DNA from: Trichosphaerium sp. ATCC 40318
Lineage: Eukaryota > Protista > Tubulinea
Reading direction: 5' to 3'
DNA length: 64,000 bases
Assembly: GCA_038496445.1 (NCBI GenBank)
Contig: JALMLS010000081.1
Span: 142,214-206,213, forward strand
Below, one piece after another: positions 14,600 to 29,200 of the stretch (position 1 is its first letter; the number at the start of each line of letters is the position of its first letter). A program made the translations under genes and the position numbers. The notes beneath the pieces were generated by a model that did not search any database, had not been told where the DNA came from, and saw only the letters and a list, made by a program, of their open reading frames with translations.

Positions 14600-16430
14600 A
14601 TGGTAGAGGCCAAATCAACAGAAAGACAACTCGCCTTGCCAAATACGCACAAGAGCGCACTAATAGCAAAAGAATATAAAAAAAAAACAAGAGAAGCAGT
14701 GACGTTCCATTGGGCCAGTCTTTGCCTTGCAACAATGTACGCTCTCTCGACAAAATCCTTTTTAAACGATGCTGTATCACGTTGTTCATTTGTTTAATGT
14801 AGTAAAGTTCCAATCGGTGTGGTAAGTGAATTTGAATAGTTGACATAGTGAAAGGGTCTTTTAGCCAAGTCAGTTTAACCAACTTTGGACTGGTTTTAGG
14901 TTTGTAACAGTTCAGCCATTATCACTGACGGACTCTTCGATATAACAAATGTTATAAGAAATAAGGCGTACACTGCGGGCTACAAAGGTACCATTTGTTT
15001 AACAACAATGCTGCATTTAAAGTGGCGCAATCACATGTCTTTCGCTTTTTTTCTAATAATTGTTATAGCTTCTGTGCCCGTATCCACTATGACGTATCCA
15101 TACGGAAAGGGCAAGTACATGCCTTTATATGGCGTTTTGGGCGCATCAATGTCGATGGGTACGTTGTCGGTAAACGTATCCGGTTGTGCTAAATGAATCA
15201 TCTCAAGGTGTTATTGCATGCATGACAGGTTTGGGATTTGCATCATTGGTTTCTGCACCATACTGCGTACGGATTTAGAGATGATTGTATAAGAATAACA
15301 TGTATCAAAGGTGACATTTGCAGGTGCTGTTTCAGCTTGTGCGCTGTTTTTTGTGCGGGGAGGTCTCTTTCAGTACTACCAATCTGGCAACAATAAAATG
15401 GTGGATGGCAAGAAGAAACACGATGCTCCAGAACATAATCTGGTATATGATGAGGATAACGTACCAGCATTGCGTCATAGAGAAGCACTATTACCATCAA
15501 TAATAGCATTTGGATCTGCTTTTGTGTCAGCAGCAGGAGTACCATTTGTGGATGCATGTGGTGGTACGTGTTTCCTTTCTACAACCATCAGTCTCATTTG
15601 TTTATTATTTTCTAGTCTTTATCATCGCTGCCTTCACTATGAGGTCTGTATGGCTGACATACACTCGCAATGCGGCAGCATTAGTTGAAAAGAATGTGGA
15701 GCATGTCAAGTTTGAACAGATATTAGCAACTCTTGATGAATTGAAGCTTCCTGTTGAGGTTTTCTACAATTTACGTGTGCGCAACATGGGTCCGTATTTT
15801 GTAGCAGACATGCGAGTCTTGTTGCCAACAGATTTGGATATTGAGAGCGGATGTAGTCTGGTCAAGCTGATACAAACAAAAGTTGAACAAAAAGTGCACA
15901 GACTGAGGGAGTTCAACATTGTGCGTCACTACACTGGATTCTCATAACAAAGTGTCATAGTCTTATTCTTTCTGTTATAGTTTATGGACTGCGAATCCGA
16001 AGAAGAACGGAAAAAGAAGCGGTCAGCCTCTAAAATACCGTTGATACACAACAAGATATTTAAAATTGTTGAAGAAGTACATTCATTAAATTGTTCCTTT
16101 TTGGAAGTTTTCATCGCAATAACACAGGGCTTTTAGGCTGATTTGTTTCGTGTTTATAAGACGTCCAAGTACCATTCATATATATTTAATGACTACCATG
16201 TTGTGTTATTCACTGCACATGTGGATCCAACGTTATTACCATCGTACGTCTACAAACAACCATGTTTTGGAATGTGTATTGATGTTGTGTCTGGTTGTAG
16301 AAAACAAGATGAGGTTTCTAGTGGCTTGCGTACCTTTATCCTTGAACAATTACAAGGCGTAGTCGATGATGTTATCATCAATACTGATGTGTATCCTCTA
16401 ACAGATGGAGCGATTGACGTATTGAGATGA
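14600..16430 (+). CDS. Cation diffusion facilitator (cation efflux) family transporter, divergent, spliced
   Basis: TYPYGKGKY (family YPYGxGK motif), TM segments, C-terminal dimerisation-domain-like YNLRVRNMGPYFVADMRV. Confidence 0.7.
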
Positions 16431-16856
16431 ATGATATCCATCAAATCCACGAAAAAAAAAATAGAAAAAAAGAAAACAAATAAGAAATGGTTCTGATTTC
16501 ATCTGGTTGATTGGTTTTTTATTAAACGTTACGTTTTACTGAATTGTAAGGGCATTAAGAAGTTGGTATTAAGAATTTCTATTGTTGTTGCCTATTAGAT
16601 ACTTGCAAACAAATAGACATATTTCAAGACTTTCGAGAAAATTCTGAGTTTCCTTATTCGGGAATTAGCAATATCCCTTCTTTTGTAATAGAGATTTGGT
16701 AGCTCAACTATCACACCTTCGAGTACTTCTACGGTTGCTTTAGCTTCGCCTTCTCCTAATGTTACTGATTACGCGTTATATCTTCATTGAATTCATAAAC
16801 ACCTTAAGTCTCCAATTCTGTTTTCTTTTTGTTTGACGTGATTATATCACGGGAGA

Positions 16857-18781
16857 ATGAAGGAGGGTCGTGTGTGGTTAATTATTCTGGCATTATATGC
16901 GTTGTCTTCCGCTGTGGTGATGCTGTTTGCATTTCCTTTCTCTGGAAGTACATTGCACCCTTTTTCGCCTGAAACCGGTAACACAATGCATGTTACGCTG
17001 CAGCATACGCCACATGCCTTAGAAAATCTCAATCCGGTGCCAGAACCTACAAAACCGGTAGAAGAGCACGTGACAACGCCAAATATAGTGGATATTAGCC
17101 GCAAACCTATTATAGAGCCTCATGTAGATAACTCTATTACAAAACCAACATTTAAGCCTCTGGAAGTGCGTCATTACTGTACTAATGCGTGTTAACTTTC
17201 ATCCAAGCGTCTGGATCCGATAATTTACGGTGATGAACCTAAATTGCTTATTTACGCTCCAAATGGTCAATTAAACAGTACGCATGTCTCTATTATAGCG
17301 TACAACCTAACTTTTGAGTGCAATAGATCAACGGAAGTGCGCTAAAAAAACCACGTCGCATAAATCATCTCACGTGATATTTATAGGTCCTTCATGGATG
17401 CACTAGGTTTCGCACGTGTTCTTAACAGGTATCATAAGAATACCTTGTTTTTTTTTAGTTTTTAACACATTATACGCTGCAGGACACTCGTGTTACCTTA
17501 CTTATCCTTTCGGTATGTTATTACTGTTAGCACATGTCTCATTCTGAGCATTCTTTAGGCATAACTACTTGCAACGATTCGAAAACAACATGGGCGTGTA
17601 CGCTCCTATTGGGTGCTTTTTGTGCTAATTTCTAAGTATCATCAAGTAAGACGACATACGTTCATATGCAACAATATTTTGATGTGTCAACGGTGCAAGG
17701 TATCAAACTTGTGCGCCCAGGACCATACCTACGGGATGTATGCGGTAATATAGTCACGTTACATGACGTGCATCAAACAAAAGAGACGAACCCAAAGAAA
17801 TACTACAACAAGTAAGCCACTGCTCATGTGACAGTCAATTCACTAATGTCTGTTTGTCAGGAGGTTAGGGTTAAAGTGGGACAGTACGTCATTTCTAAAA
17901 ACAAGTGGTTTAGTACAATGTTTATTGAGTTGGATATTAGTCAAAAAGCACATGAAAACAAATACAAAAAAATGGAACACTGAAGCTGTGCATCGAGCTT
18001 TTGGAGGAATCCAAACAACATGTTTGTGCTTAGGTGTTCTATTCAATGACTTTGAGCATCCTTCAAAGTTAGCATATGCAAATCTTAGACAATCTATACG
18101 GTTTGCATCGTGGGTTATGAACACAGCCAGAGTACGACATTTCAAAACTGAAAGTTGGAACAAAGGATTGACGTGATTGTACGTTTAGGATGTGCGGTCT
18201 ACACTTGGTTTAAATGAAAAACCGTTTCTAGCACTTCATCACCGTAGAAGACCAGCGTACGTCATATTTCTTGAGTGTATTTCTTGTAGGGATTGTGTTT
18301 TAATTGCGTGGTTGTAGAGAAGGGTTTTGTATGAAGCACCAAAAAGCCCGATTAACGTGTACTTTACCACCGGAATATGTCATAGCAAAAATACATGAAG
18401 CATTCACTAAATTTAAACTACATGCAGACACACCAATATTTCTTGCATCATCTATTACAAATGCAACTGAGGTAGATATCATCAAATCTGCTTTTCCAAG
18501 TACATAACCAACAAATGTTTAAAAACACTGTCCAACACTTTGTCTTAGATTGTAGGACTTATATGCCAGTCTACACTATAAAACAATCTGACGATGGGTT
18601 GATGATATCCATGGTATGATGTGTTGTAATATTCGGTGTTGGAGCTTAATTTTGTTAGATTGACCAGTTGCTGTGTTCTTGGGCGGATTTCTTTCTGGGT
18701 ACTTCGCAGAGCACTTTTAGTCATATTATACGAGAAGAGAGGACTATTGTACTTGGCAAGGATAAGGGCATCACCTTTTGA
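16857..18781 (+). CDS. GDP-fucose protein O-fucosyltransferase-family protein (type II membrane), spliced
   Basis: N-terminal signal anchor; GQLNNQR...ARVLNRTLVLP; FLALHHRR; IDQLLCSWADFFLGTSQSTFS. Confidence 0.85.
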
Positions 18782-19032
18782 CCAGACTAGCTACATTTTT
18801 TTATTATTGTATGTCGCTTCCCTCTTGTACTTGTATTTATAATTCTCGAATATTCCCTTTTACTTCAAACTTCCATCAGTTGTTTATGTTGAGTCACAGT
18901 TGCCCCATTATTAGATCAACAATTCTCGTTGTTATTGCAGGGATAAAGCACCATTTTTTTGTTGTAGTATTCTTAAGATCATCAATGGAAATTGGTATAG
19001 TCTGCCAAGGTATAATTTTGTATTTTGATTTC

Positions 19033-19891
19033 TAGTAGTTGTAGGTTTTTTGTTCACAAAACCTTTCTATGGCTTCTACAGTTGTAGGTGTGTATGTATC
19101 ATTAATAACTACTGTCCCAGTTTTGTATCCATCCCAACTTAAAGAGCACTAGAAAAACACGTGTCATTGTTTGTAACTTGGTAGTTTGTTATCAGCTCAA
19201 AAATATTGTCACGTGATTAAACACGTGTAAATAATCGTGATGGCATGACGTACACTGTATGGGATAATTCCTGAAATTCGTATTGCTTTAAATTCCTTTA
19301 TAGTTTGCTTCTGCTTTAAAGTTTTTCGTTGTCTTCTCTTTCGTTTGTTCCTCTTATTATTCGCTTTGTAATCACACCTCCCTATTAACATGCACACCCC
19401 TTTCCTGCGTGATATAGTGGTGCGATGGGTATAACGGATCTCATAGGTTAACGTGACAGTGCCCAAAGCATTAATATCTCTTCTCCTGCAGAGTTTCGAG
19501 TTAAACAAGGTTTTATTTCGAAACAAACCGTACCAGTTGGGTGAAGGTTGTATGTTTATTGTTTTAACATGCTCGCCTCGTTCTAATTTACATGCATAAA
19601 GGCCAGCAAATTCCAGAACGTAGTGTTGCATTTTTAGTTGTTTTAGTAGCCCTTTGGTATCACTGTCGCTGGTTGAAATCTCGTAAGTACGTTTTAGCGC
19701 TCTTAGCCCTGTTTAAAAGTTATTAACGAAGAAAGTGCCAGAATTTAATCAAAAGTGTACGTACACGCGTTTTTACCACCCGAGAAAGTGTTTACAAAGG
19801 CGCAGGTAGTGCTAAACTTTGAAAGAACAAAAATATCGCATAGGTCCATCACACATACTATAAGCTCCGGCGGCATATCAAGAAGCTCCAT
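19033..19891 (-). CDS. F-box protein with unknown C-terminus
   Basis: Begins MELLDMPPELIVCVMDLCD...KFSTTC (F-box-like); splices into ORF 19209-19631; 3' end uncertain. Confidence 0.55.
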
Positions 19892-20084
19892 TGCCAACAG
19901 GGTATTGTAGAAAAATGTAGCTCTTCGCGTTTACTTGAATATTCGCGTAAACTTTAACGATTTTTTCCTGTTTGGCCATCCGACTGTTGGGACATTGTTG
20001 TTTTACGGTTTTTACTTAATTTATAAATTGAATCTGTCTTGGGTTTACAGTGTCAGTGATGGTTATCTTACATTATATACATTA

Positions 20085-21111
20085 TTACGGTGATGCCTCG
20101 GAATCCGATTCTGTGACTGAACCAAGTGAAGGTAGAGCAGTTGCTTTTAAAGGAGGTGGGGATCCTCTAGCTATGCTGTTCTTTGTGCTCTATACAATGA
20201 GAGTTAATATAGCGGCTTTGAAGCGGTATACGTGTACCCCCATTGAACAAGGTAGACGCGTAAAGTCAGAGTTACTACGTGGCCTTCTTCTTCTTTGTGA
20301 TACGCTTGTTGGGATGGCTCTAGGAGTTGATGGTGTGAAAGTGTCTTCATCGCTTATTTCTGGATGTGCTAGTGCCATTTGTGCTGTATATTCTCCTTCT
20401 TTCTGCTTCCATAGCTTTGTTATAACAAGAAAGAGGTATGGCTTGACCTGAGGACCGATTTAGCGAATAAGGCGGTTTTTTTGGGTTTTTTGTACCTCAT
20501 CCTCGTCCATCTCGCTTAGTTTTTGTGAGAGACGCCTAGAGATGCAAATGAGATCAACGTAAACGATATAAAAAAAGATTTCTGAGCATACTCATTTAAC
20601 CAAACCCAGCCAGCTAGTATTTCGTCTAGTGAATTCGAGGCAGCGATTTGGTAGTAAGGGGAGTAGTTATAGACAATACGAAAATTCTCGGTTGTGGGGT
20701 CGGAGAACACGAACCGACCCAATTTCCCAAACACACCTATTATAGTACTTTAGCGTTATACAATTCCAAAGATAAAGAGAAAACTCAAGCGGAAATGTCT
20801 TTTAAAACCGTTGGTTTGCGTTTCAACAATTGGTGGTTTTGGGAAGTGGAAGTAATTGCAGCTCTGCCCTTCAAAAATGAGCGAACAGGAGTTCATAAAG
20901 GAGTATGGTGACAAATTAAGGCGTGTAGGTAATATTCGTACCGGATACACCTGAATCAAAGCCTATGTGCGCGTTAGTACAAGTAAAGCGCGTTTATATA
21001 AAAAAAAATTGTACCTTCTGTAAAATGGCGCTGAAGAGAGAAATGATCGCTTCGCTTTAATGTGGCCCATAGCAGACCAGAGCCAAAGGTTTGACGAGGC
21101 TTAACCCACAT
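20085..21111 (-). CDS. Short protein resembling the TBC1D8/9 N-terminal region
   Basis: MWVKPRQTFGSGLLWATLKRSDHFSLQR and FRIVY...YYQIAASNSLDEILAGWVWL resemble the TBC1D9 N-terminus (recalled); low-complexity tail; stop at 20085. Confidence 0.55.
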
Positions 21112-22230
21112 TATTCGCACTTCATAAGGAAAGAAGTTGCGCCTATCGAGTCTTGTTTACAATTATTCGCTGGAAGATAACTTGGTTGGTTACTGTGAAA
21201 CTGGAATTCAACGTCTCTTGCTACGAACGAAAAATTGCCGCTGGTAAAGAAAATGAACATGTTTGACTTTTTGTCTGTGTTTTCGTGAAGCGAAGTTGTG
21301 CAATTTGGTGGAAGTAAAGCTTAGCCTAGAACCGACAAAGCCCAATGATTGTGTTTATCTGTTCTTTGTATCATTATGTGACTAGTTGCCTGCATTCAAC
21401 AAATTCAACTTCTTGCTTTTGTTGTTTGCCGGTTTTATTCAACTCTTTGCGCATGAAACGATATTTCCTCCAGGTGGTTTGAATTGTAATCAACTAGAAA
21501 AATTTAATGACAGCGGTCTCCTTTCGTCGATGTCAAAGGTACAGACTTTGAGATTGCGTTTACCACAGTGAGGAGATATGCACCAAGGTTTTGTGAACAA
21601 GCAAATCAGCTGTACAGGCCTGAATAACGGAACGTTAATCTACTATCTCAGTTCGTTGGTCCTATTGATACTACCAACCCATCAAATGCAGCATTACAAG
21701 GTACATCACCACTGAACGGTGCTGGTGTCACTGTCTCAGATTTACGATTACAACCGAGCCTTAAGAGATGGCCCTCCTACAATTGGTAATTAACACTTGA
21801 CCAGGCACATTTTACACTGCTAAAATCCAACTATTTCGCTCAGGAAGCACTTTATTTGTGTTGTAGTATCCATTGGAGCACTTTTTACGATAAAAATAAA
21901 TGACTAAATAACTAGTTGACTAACTTGACTGAGGACAATACAGAATTCAAGAAAATATCCAATCAAACGAATAGAATGATGCTTAATGCACAACGTATCT
22001 TTATCATAAAACATGGAACTGTCAAAAGCTCATGAGTGTAAATAAACATTTTGTATGTCAAAGAAAAAATAAGAAGCAGCGAAAGAAGGTTCTGTCACAT
22101 TTTTGAATTTTCACCGAAAAAGAAAATTGCCTTTACAACATTATATTACACGGCTATGTTGTAGATTAGCACTATCATTAATATAGTGCTTTGGACAATA
22201 GAATAGGTCAAAGTTTGAATGGTTTTCGGA

Positions 22231-25200
22231 TTAATTTACTTTTATTTTGTCTTCGTAATTGATCCTTCTTAGTGTACAGAATAAGATGATAGTCAGATCA
22301 ATTACAAAAAATATTGGAAGAACCCATCCAGTCAGGTAATCAGAATCATCATCTTCATCCTCTTCCTTGATACACTTATGCATCTTTAGAAGCTCCTTTA
22401 TTTCATTAGCACGTTTTTTGTACTCAGCCACTTGACCTGCAGGCAAAAAGTTAAACAGTGGATTCTACTACTCCAAATACAACAGTACCATCAAGCAAAA
22501 CCAATCTTTCGAGTGCTTGTGACCATGCTAACCGTTCGCTTGAATCAACAATATTACGAATGATAGCACCAGCATGGCTGTACGCTCTTTCAAGCTTATC
22601 CAAGGGGAGGTATGATCGAACATTTGGTTCATAGATTGCTTTTGTACGAATATTATCTAGTATACTATACGCTTCTTGCATTGTTTCTGAAGCTGCTTGC
22701 AATGCATTAACAATGTAGTTGCGGTGAGCGACATCTGTATCAAACGCAGAAAAGTGGTATTTGCTTGATGTTTCAGAAAGAGGGCTATCGCCTACAGACC
22801 AAGCCCAATCCTATTGGCTTAAGTCAATACCATAGTTTTCGAAAAAAAAACCGCCAAAAACATTCGACGCACTTGAACTGTCTTATTGTTTGCCTCGCTA
22901 AATCCAACATGGCGTGATAATGTTCCACTTAATACCTCAACTGTTGCTGCCAAACATCCCTTCATGGGTCTCATTAGATCTATTTTTATCGTAGTTTAGA
23001 ATTCAGAGAAAAATTTAAAGGAGTTGATTTACCATAGTAAATTTTGTCTCCGTTGCAATCCAATTGACTAGGATGTTTGCGTTCTTTGGACTGTACAGCC
23101 AATACCATACCAGGAAGAGCCTTAGGCAGATGTTTGTTAAAGAGGTAGTGATGTTTGGATGAGAAAAATTCCTGTTTTTTGTACCTTGGCAGTGTGGTGA
23201 TGATCGATCAGTACTGGTGATTCGTATGCCGTTGAAAATAAGAAAATAGGAATATGTCTTGTGCCGCTACCGTATGTATCATTTGATGAAAGGCCTTCCA
23301 TTTGAAGTGCAGTCAATTGTTGATAAAACTTTAGAGAATCAATGTAAAGTGTATCAGCTGAATAGAATTGTCCTTCATCATCTAATGCAGGTGAATTACT
23401 GTGCTTCAAAGAACGTGCAAACGCTAATGAAAGCTCAGCATCGTCTAACATGGACAACCTACAAAAAACAAGTCAGCAATTTGTTCAACTCTTCTTTTTG
23501 TTTTTTTCTCGTTTCAGAACAACCACGCACTCTTTGAATCTGAACGTGAACTCTTGAGAAGGCAACTTAAATTTAGCTATCTCATGTTTGAAATCATCAG
23601 TATTAAAATTATGTCTCCCGAGTGGGTCGTAATCCTAGAGCCGCAAATAAACGAAAATGTTTCCAAAACAAAAACACTCAAAGAAAAGAATAGTTTCTCA
23701 GTCAAGCTGTTTCGTACTTTGTGAGTCTTTATGACATAGAAGTCAAATGTAACACGTTGTGTGTAATATGTACGATACCGTGGTTGTGGAGGAGTTATCA
23801 AGTGTGTAATAGCACGTGATGTGACAGCATGAAGATCTGATAAAAATCTTCCTTGTACCTCAGCTGTCCAAATCTTATCAGTATTTTCTAGTTCCTTGTC
23901 CACGATATCATGAAGAAGACCATCAATCGTGGTATCCGTGGTCGTAGACGCTTCGTGTATACGTAGAGACACTTGTTTGCAAAGAGGACTATCTTCTCGT
24001 TTCTTTCTTAGACAGTATTGCGTGTAGTGCTTTTTTGCGATTGAAATCATGTTTGCTCTCACAGCTCCTTCATGTTCCCTCTGGAACGTTGCTTGTTTCT
24101 CTAACAGATAATCAAAAATGTCATTATCCTCGAAATGAGGGGATTGGTACCTGTGGATTTTGGTATTTTGGAGTGAACTGAAGGCAGTGAGTGCGTGTGC
24201 CTGAAACCGACTCCGTCTTGAGCTGATACTGTAGTACCCCATTCAAAAGGGCCAGCAGTCAAGTCAATAAACATCATGCGACCATGTGATACCCACGTGT
24301 CAACCAAACAGTCAGAGCAAGGTACCATACCTCTTAGGACCTCATAGAGATATCTCTTTTCATATCCTGTACCTTGTACTGCTGTATACTTTGCAACTTC
24401 TTCAATAGTTCTTTCTTGCTCTCCTTTGATGAGTGCGCACTCTGGCATGTCGGCATTGCTCTCATCTGTGCAATCTTTTTCAGAATTTTGTAAAGACCAA
24501 TCAACCACGTCGCCTTTTACGAAAATAGAGAGGTACTGCTTCGCCCATTCCTAAAAAAAAGTATTGTTAAATCAGGGGAGACTAATTTTTTTTTGAACAA
24601 GCACGTGCCATTGAATCTCTCATCACGTCATGATCGAAAACATGTTTATCTTCACCTTCCGCAAAGTATCTGGAATGATAGTCTTCTACAGTATCATCAC
24701 CTTGCTTTCCTGATCTCCCAGAGCCCTGTTTTTTGTAGAAATCCGAAAATGAAGCAATATTAAGAGTACCAAAGCTCTGTTAAAAACATTAAAAAATTAT
24801 TTTACTTCTTTGGGTCTAACGTACTCCCTTAAGCAGCTCAATCTCCTTTTGTGAGTATCCAACTCTATATCCATATACTTGATCCTAAGAGAACATTATT
24901 GACAAGATATATTAGAAGAGTGATGAATAAAAAGAGTACCTTGTTGTTTACTGGGCGAAGTGGGTTAAGTACGAAAATAGTATATGACTTAGTGAGACCA
25001 AGATCATCAACAAGGCTCTCTAGTAGCCCAGCAATCTTGTATGGATTCACATAATATTCAGTATCTTGCCCTTCTGTCTCATTACCGGACTTTGGGCCAT
25101 CTATACTGCATTGTTGTGCGTGAGGATCAGAGGCACGCTAAAAAACAAGATATCACAATGTGTCACCATTTAAACTCTCTATCATTGTCTAATTGCGTAC

Positions 25201-25851
25201 TAGATGCCATAAGATTGCATCTTGTAAAATGGTAGTTACTAGAGGTGCTGTGCGGATGAGATGCAACCGGTATCTGGAGGTGAAGGACAATTTTTAGAAA
25301 AACATGAAAGACCACTTTGAGAGGATTATACGCTTCTCTTTGGAGACGTACTTGTACCGAATGACGTATGGGGATAGTTTTGCTTCGTTTTTAAGCATTT
25401 TATCGCCCAGAACCTCATCTGTTGACGTTGATTGGAGAACTGTATCCAGTCCTGCGGACATCCACGCTTCTAGAGCCTCCCATGATAGATGAATGCCTAA
25501 AGGAATGATTAAACAACATGACACGTAGGTTTCTAATTGGTTTAGGCGTTACATGCTGAAACGTGTTAAAAACAAGCGCACCCGTGTTACCATCGCCTCT
25601 AAAGCCTATTGGTACAATATTTACATGGACAGGAATAGTAATCTCGTTCATTGGACTAAAGTTCAACATAGATGCGAGAGACGCTATAATGTTATGATGG
25701 GGTGGCGAAATAGAGATGTACCTTGTTCGTTAAACGTAAACTGCTCTACTTTGTTTTAATAACCATAAAACAGATGATTGGGCGTACTGAAATCGGTTGC
25801 AGTGCATAATGCGCAAAAGCAACAGAAGAACACCAATATTAGATTTGACAT
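22231..25851 (-). CDS. Conserved uncharacterised type I membrane protein (similar to the plant At4g16180/At3g28720-like family)
   Basis: Signal peptide, IPVHVNIVPIGFRGDG, YTIFVLNP, FIDLTAGPFEWG, IPIFLFS, WAWSVGDSP, C-terminal TM helix plus basic tail; family assignment from memory. Confidence 0.7.
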
Positions 25852-26246
25852 GGCACTTTTGATTGCATATGCCGTACTGTGCGTATCTTACACTGACCGG
25901 GAGTAATAAATGTAGTTAAGGCTACGTTCACTTGACATAACGGTATAACCACTCTAATCGATTATGAGACGATAACAACGGCGTTTCAATGACATTGAAA
26001 CGTTAATTGACGCTTTCACTGGCAAATGAAGAACCATTTGATAACACGGCCTTACAGCCCTTATTGTAGTATTTCAAACGCTACAATCACTACATACAAA
26101 AACACGGTACACGTGAAATAAAGTCGAGACGTGTTTGGATTATGGATTTGGTTTTTTTTTTTGAATTATTTGTACATACTAAAGAACCCTGAGGACGCCT
26201 TTTTGGGCGTGTTAGTTCTTTTCTTTTTTTCTTTTTTTTGTCCTTA

Positions 26247-29200
26247 TCAATCATCCAGTAAATCGAGAATGTTAGGTACTTCAACATCACTTTTTTCAGT
26301 AGTAGTGTCAGGTGCGATAGCGACATTGCTAGATTTGTTGATAGCATCAGGAGATTGTTGTTTAGGTTTTTCATTTTGTTGATCGTCAACACTCACTGAT
26401 GGAGGTGTATCGCTATTATTTTCTTCAGCGTCCTCAACAACATCTTCATTATCATCATTATCTTCTTCACCAGCATCATTATCACCATCAGGTTTCTTTG
26501 TTGAGTCGCCAGTAAACACATTTGTGAGAACCTTGTCAACATCTTTTTCTTGCTTTTCAACTGGTACATCAGGGACAAAATTGGTGTATTCTCCTTCCTA
26601 CAAGATGACACAAAATTAGTACACAACAACAAATACAAAAGACATGACAAGAAGAATTTTATCAATAGTTCCTAGAACTTTCATCCGTACCTCTAACAAC
26701 AAGTCGTTTAATTTTTTCTTTTCTTGAGCCATCTCGAAGATATGCTCCTCACATGATCCTTCTGTAAGTAACCTGTAAACATATACTTGCTTTGTTTGAC
26801 CTAATCGATGGGCCCTATCCTCAGCTTGTCTATCAACTTGTGGGTTGAACGAAGTGTCATAGAAAATGACAACATCAGCAGTTGCCAAGTTGATTCCAAG
26901 ACCACCAGCACGTGTCGACAACAAGAACGCAAATATGCTCTTATCCTTATTGAACTTATCAATTAGACCCTGACGCTCACCAACAGGTGTTTGTCCATCA
27001 AGACGTTGATAAGGAAAGTCCAAATCCTCAAAGAGGAGCTCAAGGATGTCAAGAAGTCTAAACGAAAACTATTGTCAGAATTTTGGAAACATTGCAGTCA
27101 TTCGTTCGTACCTTGTCATTTGAGAGAATATAAGGACTCTATGTCCTTCACTCTTAAGTTTAGGTAGTAATGCAGCTAATTTTTGGAACTTTCCAGATGA
27201 GTAGAGCATCGTTTCTAAACAAAAAAGTCAAAATCGGTCATCGCTTTTTAGCAAAAAAAAAAAAAGGCAAAGTAAAAGGTTGCCACGTGAGCAATTCAAA
27301 AAATCACAACAATCATATCCATTATAATACCTCGTTTTAACGCAAATTTTTGCATATAGTGAGGAGTACAAAATCGAGCAAGCTCGAAATCGGAGTATCC
27401 TTGAAACTCCTTTGTTAGATCAGCAATAGGATCTTCCGCATATTTTGGGTCGTTTTCTTTTAAGGTTTGTACAATTTTATCGACCATCTCATCAGAGTAG
27501 AACGACCTCACAAGGATAGGATGATTCGATGTCTATAGTTTATAAAAATCAATAAAGCGTGGGTTTGGGGAGGAGGTAAATAGAATCAAATCAAACGTAC
27601 TTTTCTGAGTTGCATGAGAATGTTATTTAAAAATTGGTTGATTGATACTTTCTTAGTATTAACATCAGTAGTGTTCTTCTCCCATACTTGTCGAGAATGC
27701 ATATATAATCTTTTATAAAACTCAGATTGATGATCAGTCATCTTGCACCGAATTACACACTCAATTTTTGGCTTGAGGTTAAGATTGACCTGAGAAAACA
27801 CAAGTCAGCAAAAAAAAATGTCGCAAAGAGGAAAAAGTTGGGTTGACCTGAGATTTTAATCTACGAAGGATGAATGGACTTAAAATCTTCTTCATGCGCT
27901 CCACATATGTATCCTTTGTTGAAGACTTTGCTTTTTTGTTACGTATGTATTCTTTAAATAGTTTTTTAAACTCAGGAACAGAATCAAAGAGCTGTGGCAT
28001 TAAAAATTTAAGAAGATTCCAAAGTTCCTCCAAATTATTTTGAAGTGGTGTTCCTGTAAGTAACAAACGATGCCTATTTAGAATGTAAGTATGAGTCAAT
28101 AACAATAATAAAATACGACAGAATGCAACAAGATACCAAGGGAGGTAAATTTACAAACTGCTGACGATCAAAGAGGAGATACAACAAAAAGTTGATTTTT
28201 TTCTTTTAAAAAGTGGGTTTCTTGGTTTGGTTTTTGTCGTACTGTGAGTTCATCATTGATAGAGCTTGGAAACGTAGTGAGCTCTTGTTTTTAATATTCT
28301 GTGCTTCATCTAGTACTAAAAAGCAGAATTTCATTTTAAGCAAGAAATTCCTGTCAACTTTAGGAAATGACATTTCATAAGTTGTTAAAATTACCTACAA
28401 AACGATTAAAAACCAAAACAAAAAAAAAATAAATTAAGAGCCACGTACATCATAGCGATATGGATGTTTTAGAAGTAACCTTTGATGACTAATACGCTGT
28501 TCTTGAGCACCATGGTATACATGAATTCTTAAATCCGAGCACCAACGTGTCAATTCGTTGTGCCACTGTGCCAGGGCTAGGTAAAAAGTTAGGTCAATTT
28601 CTTTTTTTGTTTGCCTCAAGTCAATTGCTTACTTGATGATGGAACCACTACAAGGTGAGGTGGCTTTTCTCCTTCCATTTTCAGTTTAGCAAAGAGAGAT
28701 ATCGTCTGTACAGTCTTGCCAAGACCCATCTCATCAGCGAGAATACCATTAAGTCCAGCCTTGCTTAAAGTATACATCCAGTTAAGACCCTCAGCCTGAT
28801 ATCCCTTTAGGACCAACATATCTGCCATTATCTCTGGCTTAGTTGTAGAAGTTCCATCAGTATTAAGTGTCTCAGAGACGCGCTCTGAAAGTTCTTCACA
28901 CTTTGTGATGAGACCAGCAATTTTTCTATCTTGCCATTTCTTTGGTGCAGGCTTCTTTTTATCGAGTACGACAACAGGTTCGCTCTCATCAACCTCTTCC
29001 TTGTCATTTGAAGAAGAAGATACCTTCTTTATGACTTGTGTATTACGGCGTATAATTGTACCATTTCTTGTACGTAGGGTTGAAGGAGGAGTTGTTGGCG
29101 TCTCTTTCTAAAAAACAAGTATTTTTAGTTTTCTTGAAATTATTTTGTTTTGATTGAGGTAAAAGCTATTACCTTGACATCTTCCATTGGTGTATCTATT

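Noticed and set aside
21500-21790. Plus-strand protein-like frame interrupted by TAA
   Set aside because: No start, splice model or recognisable family
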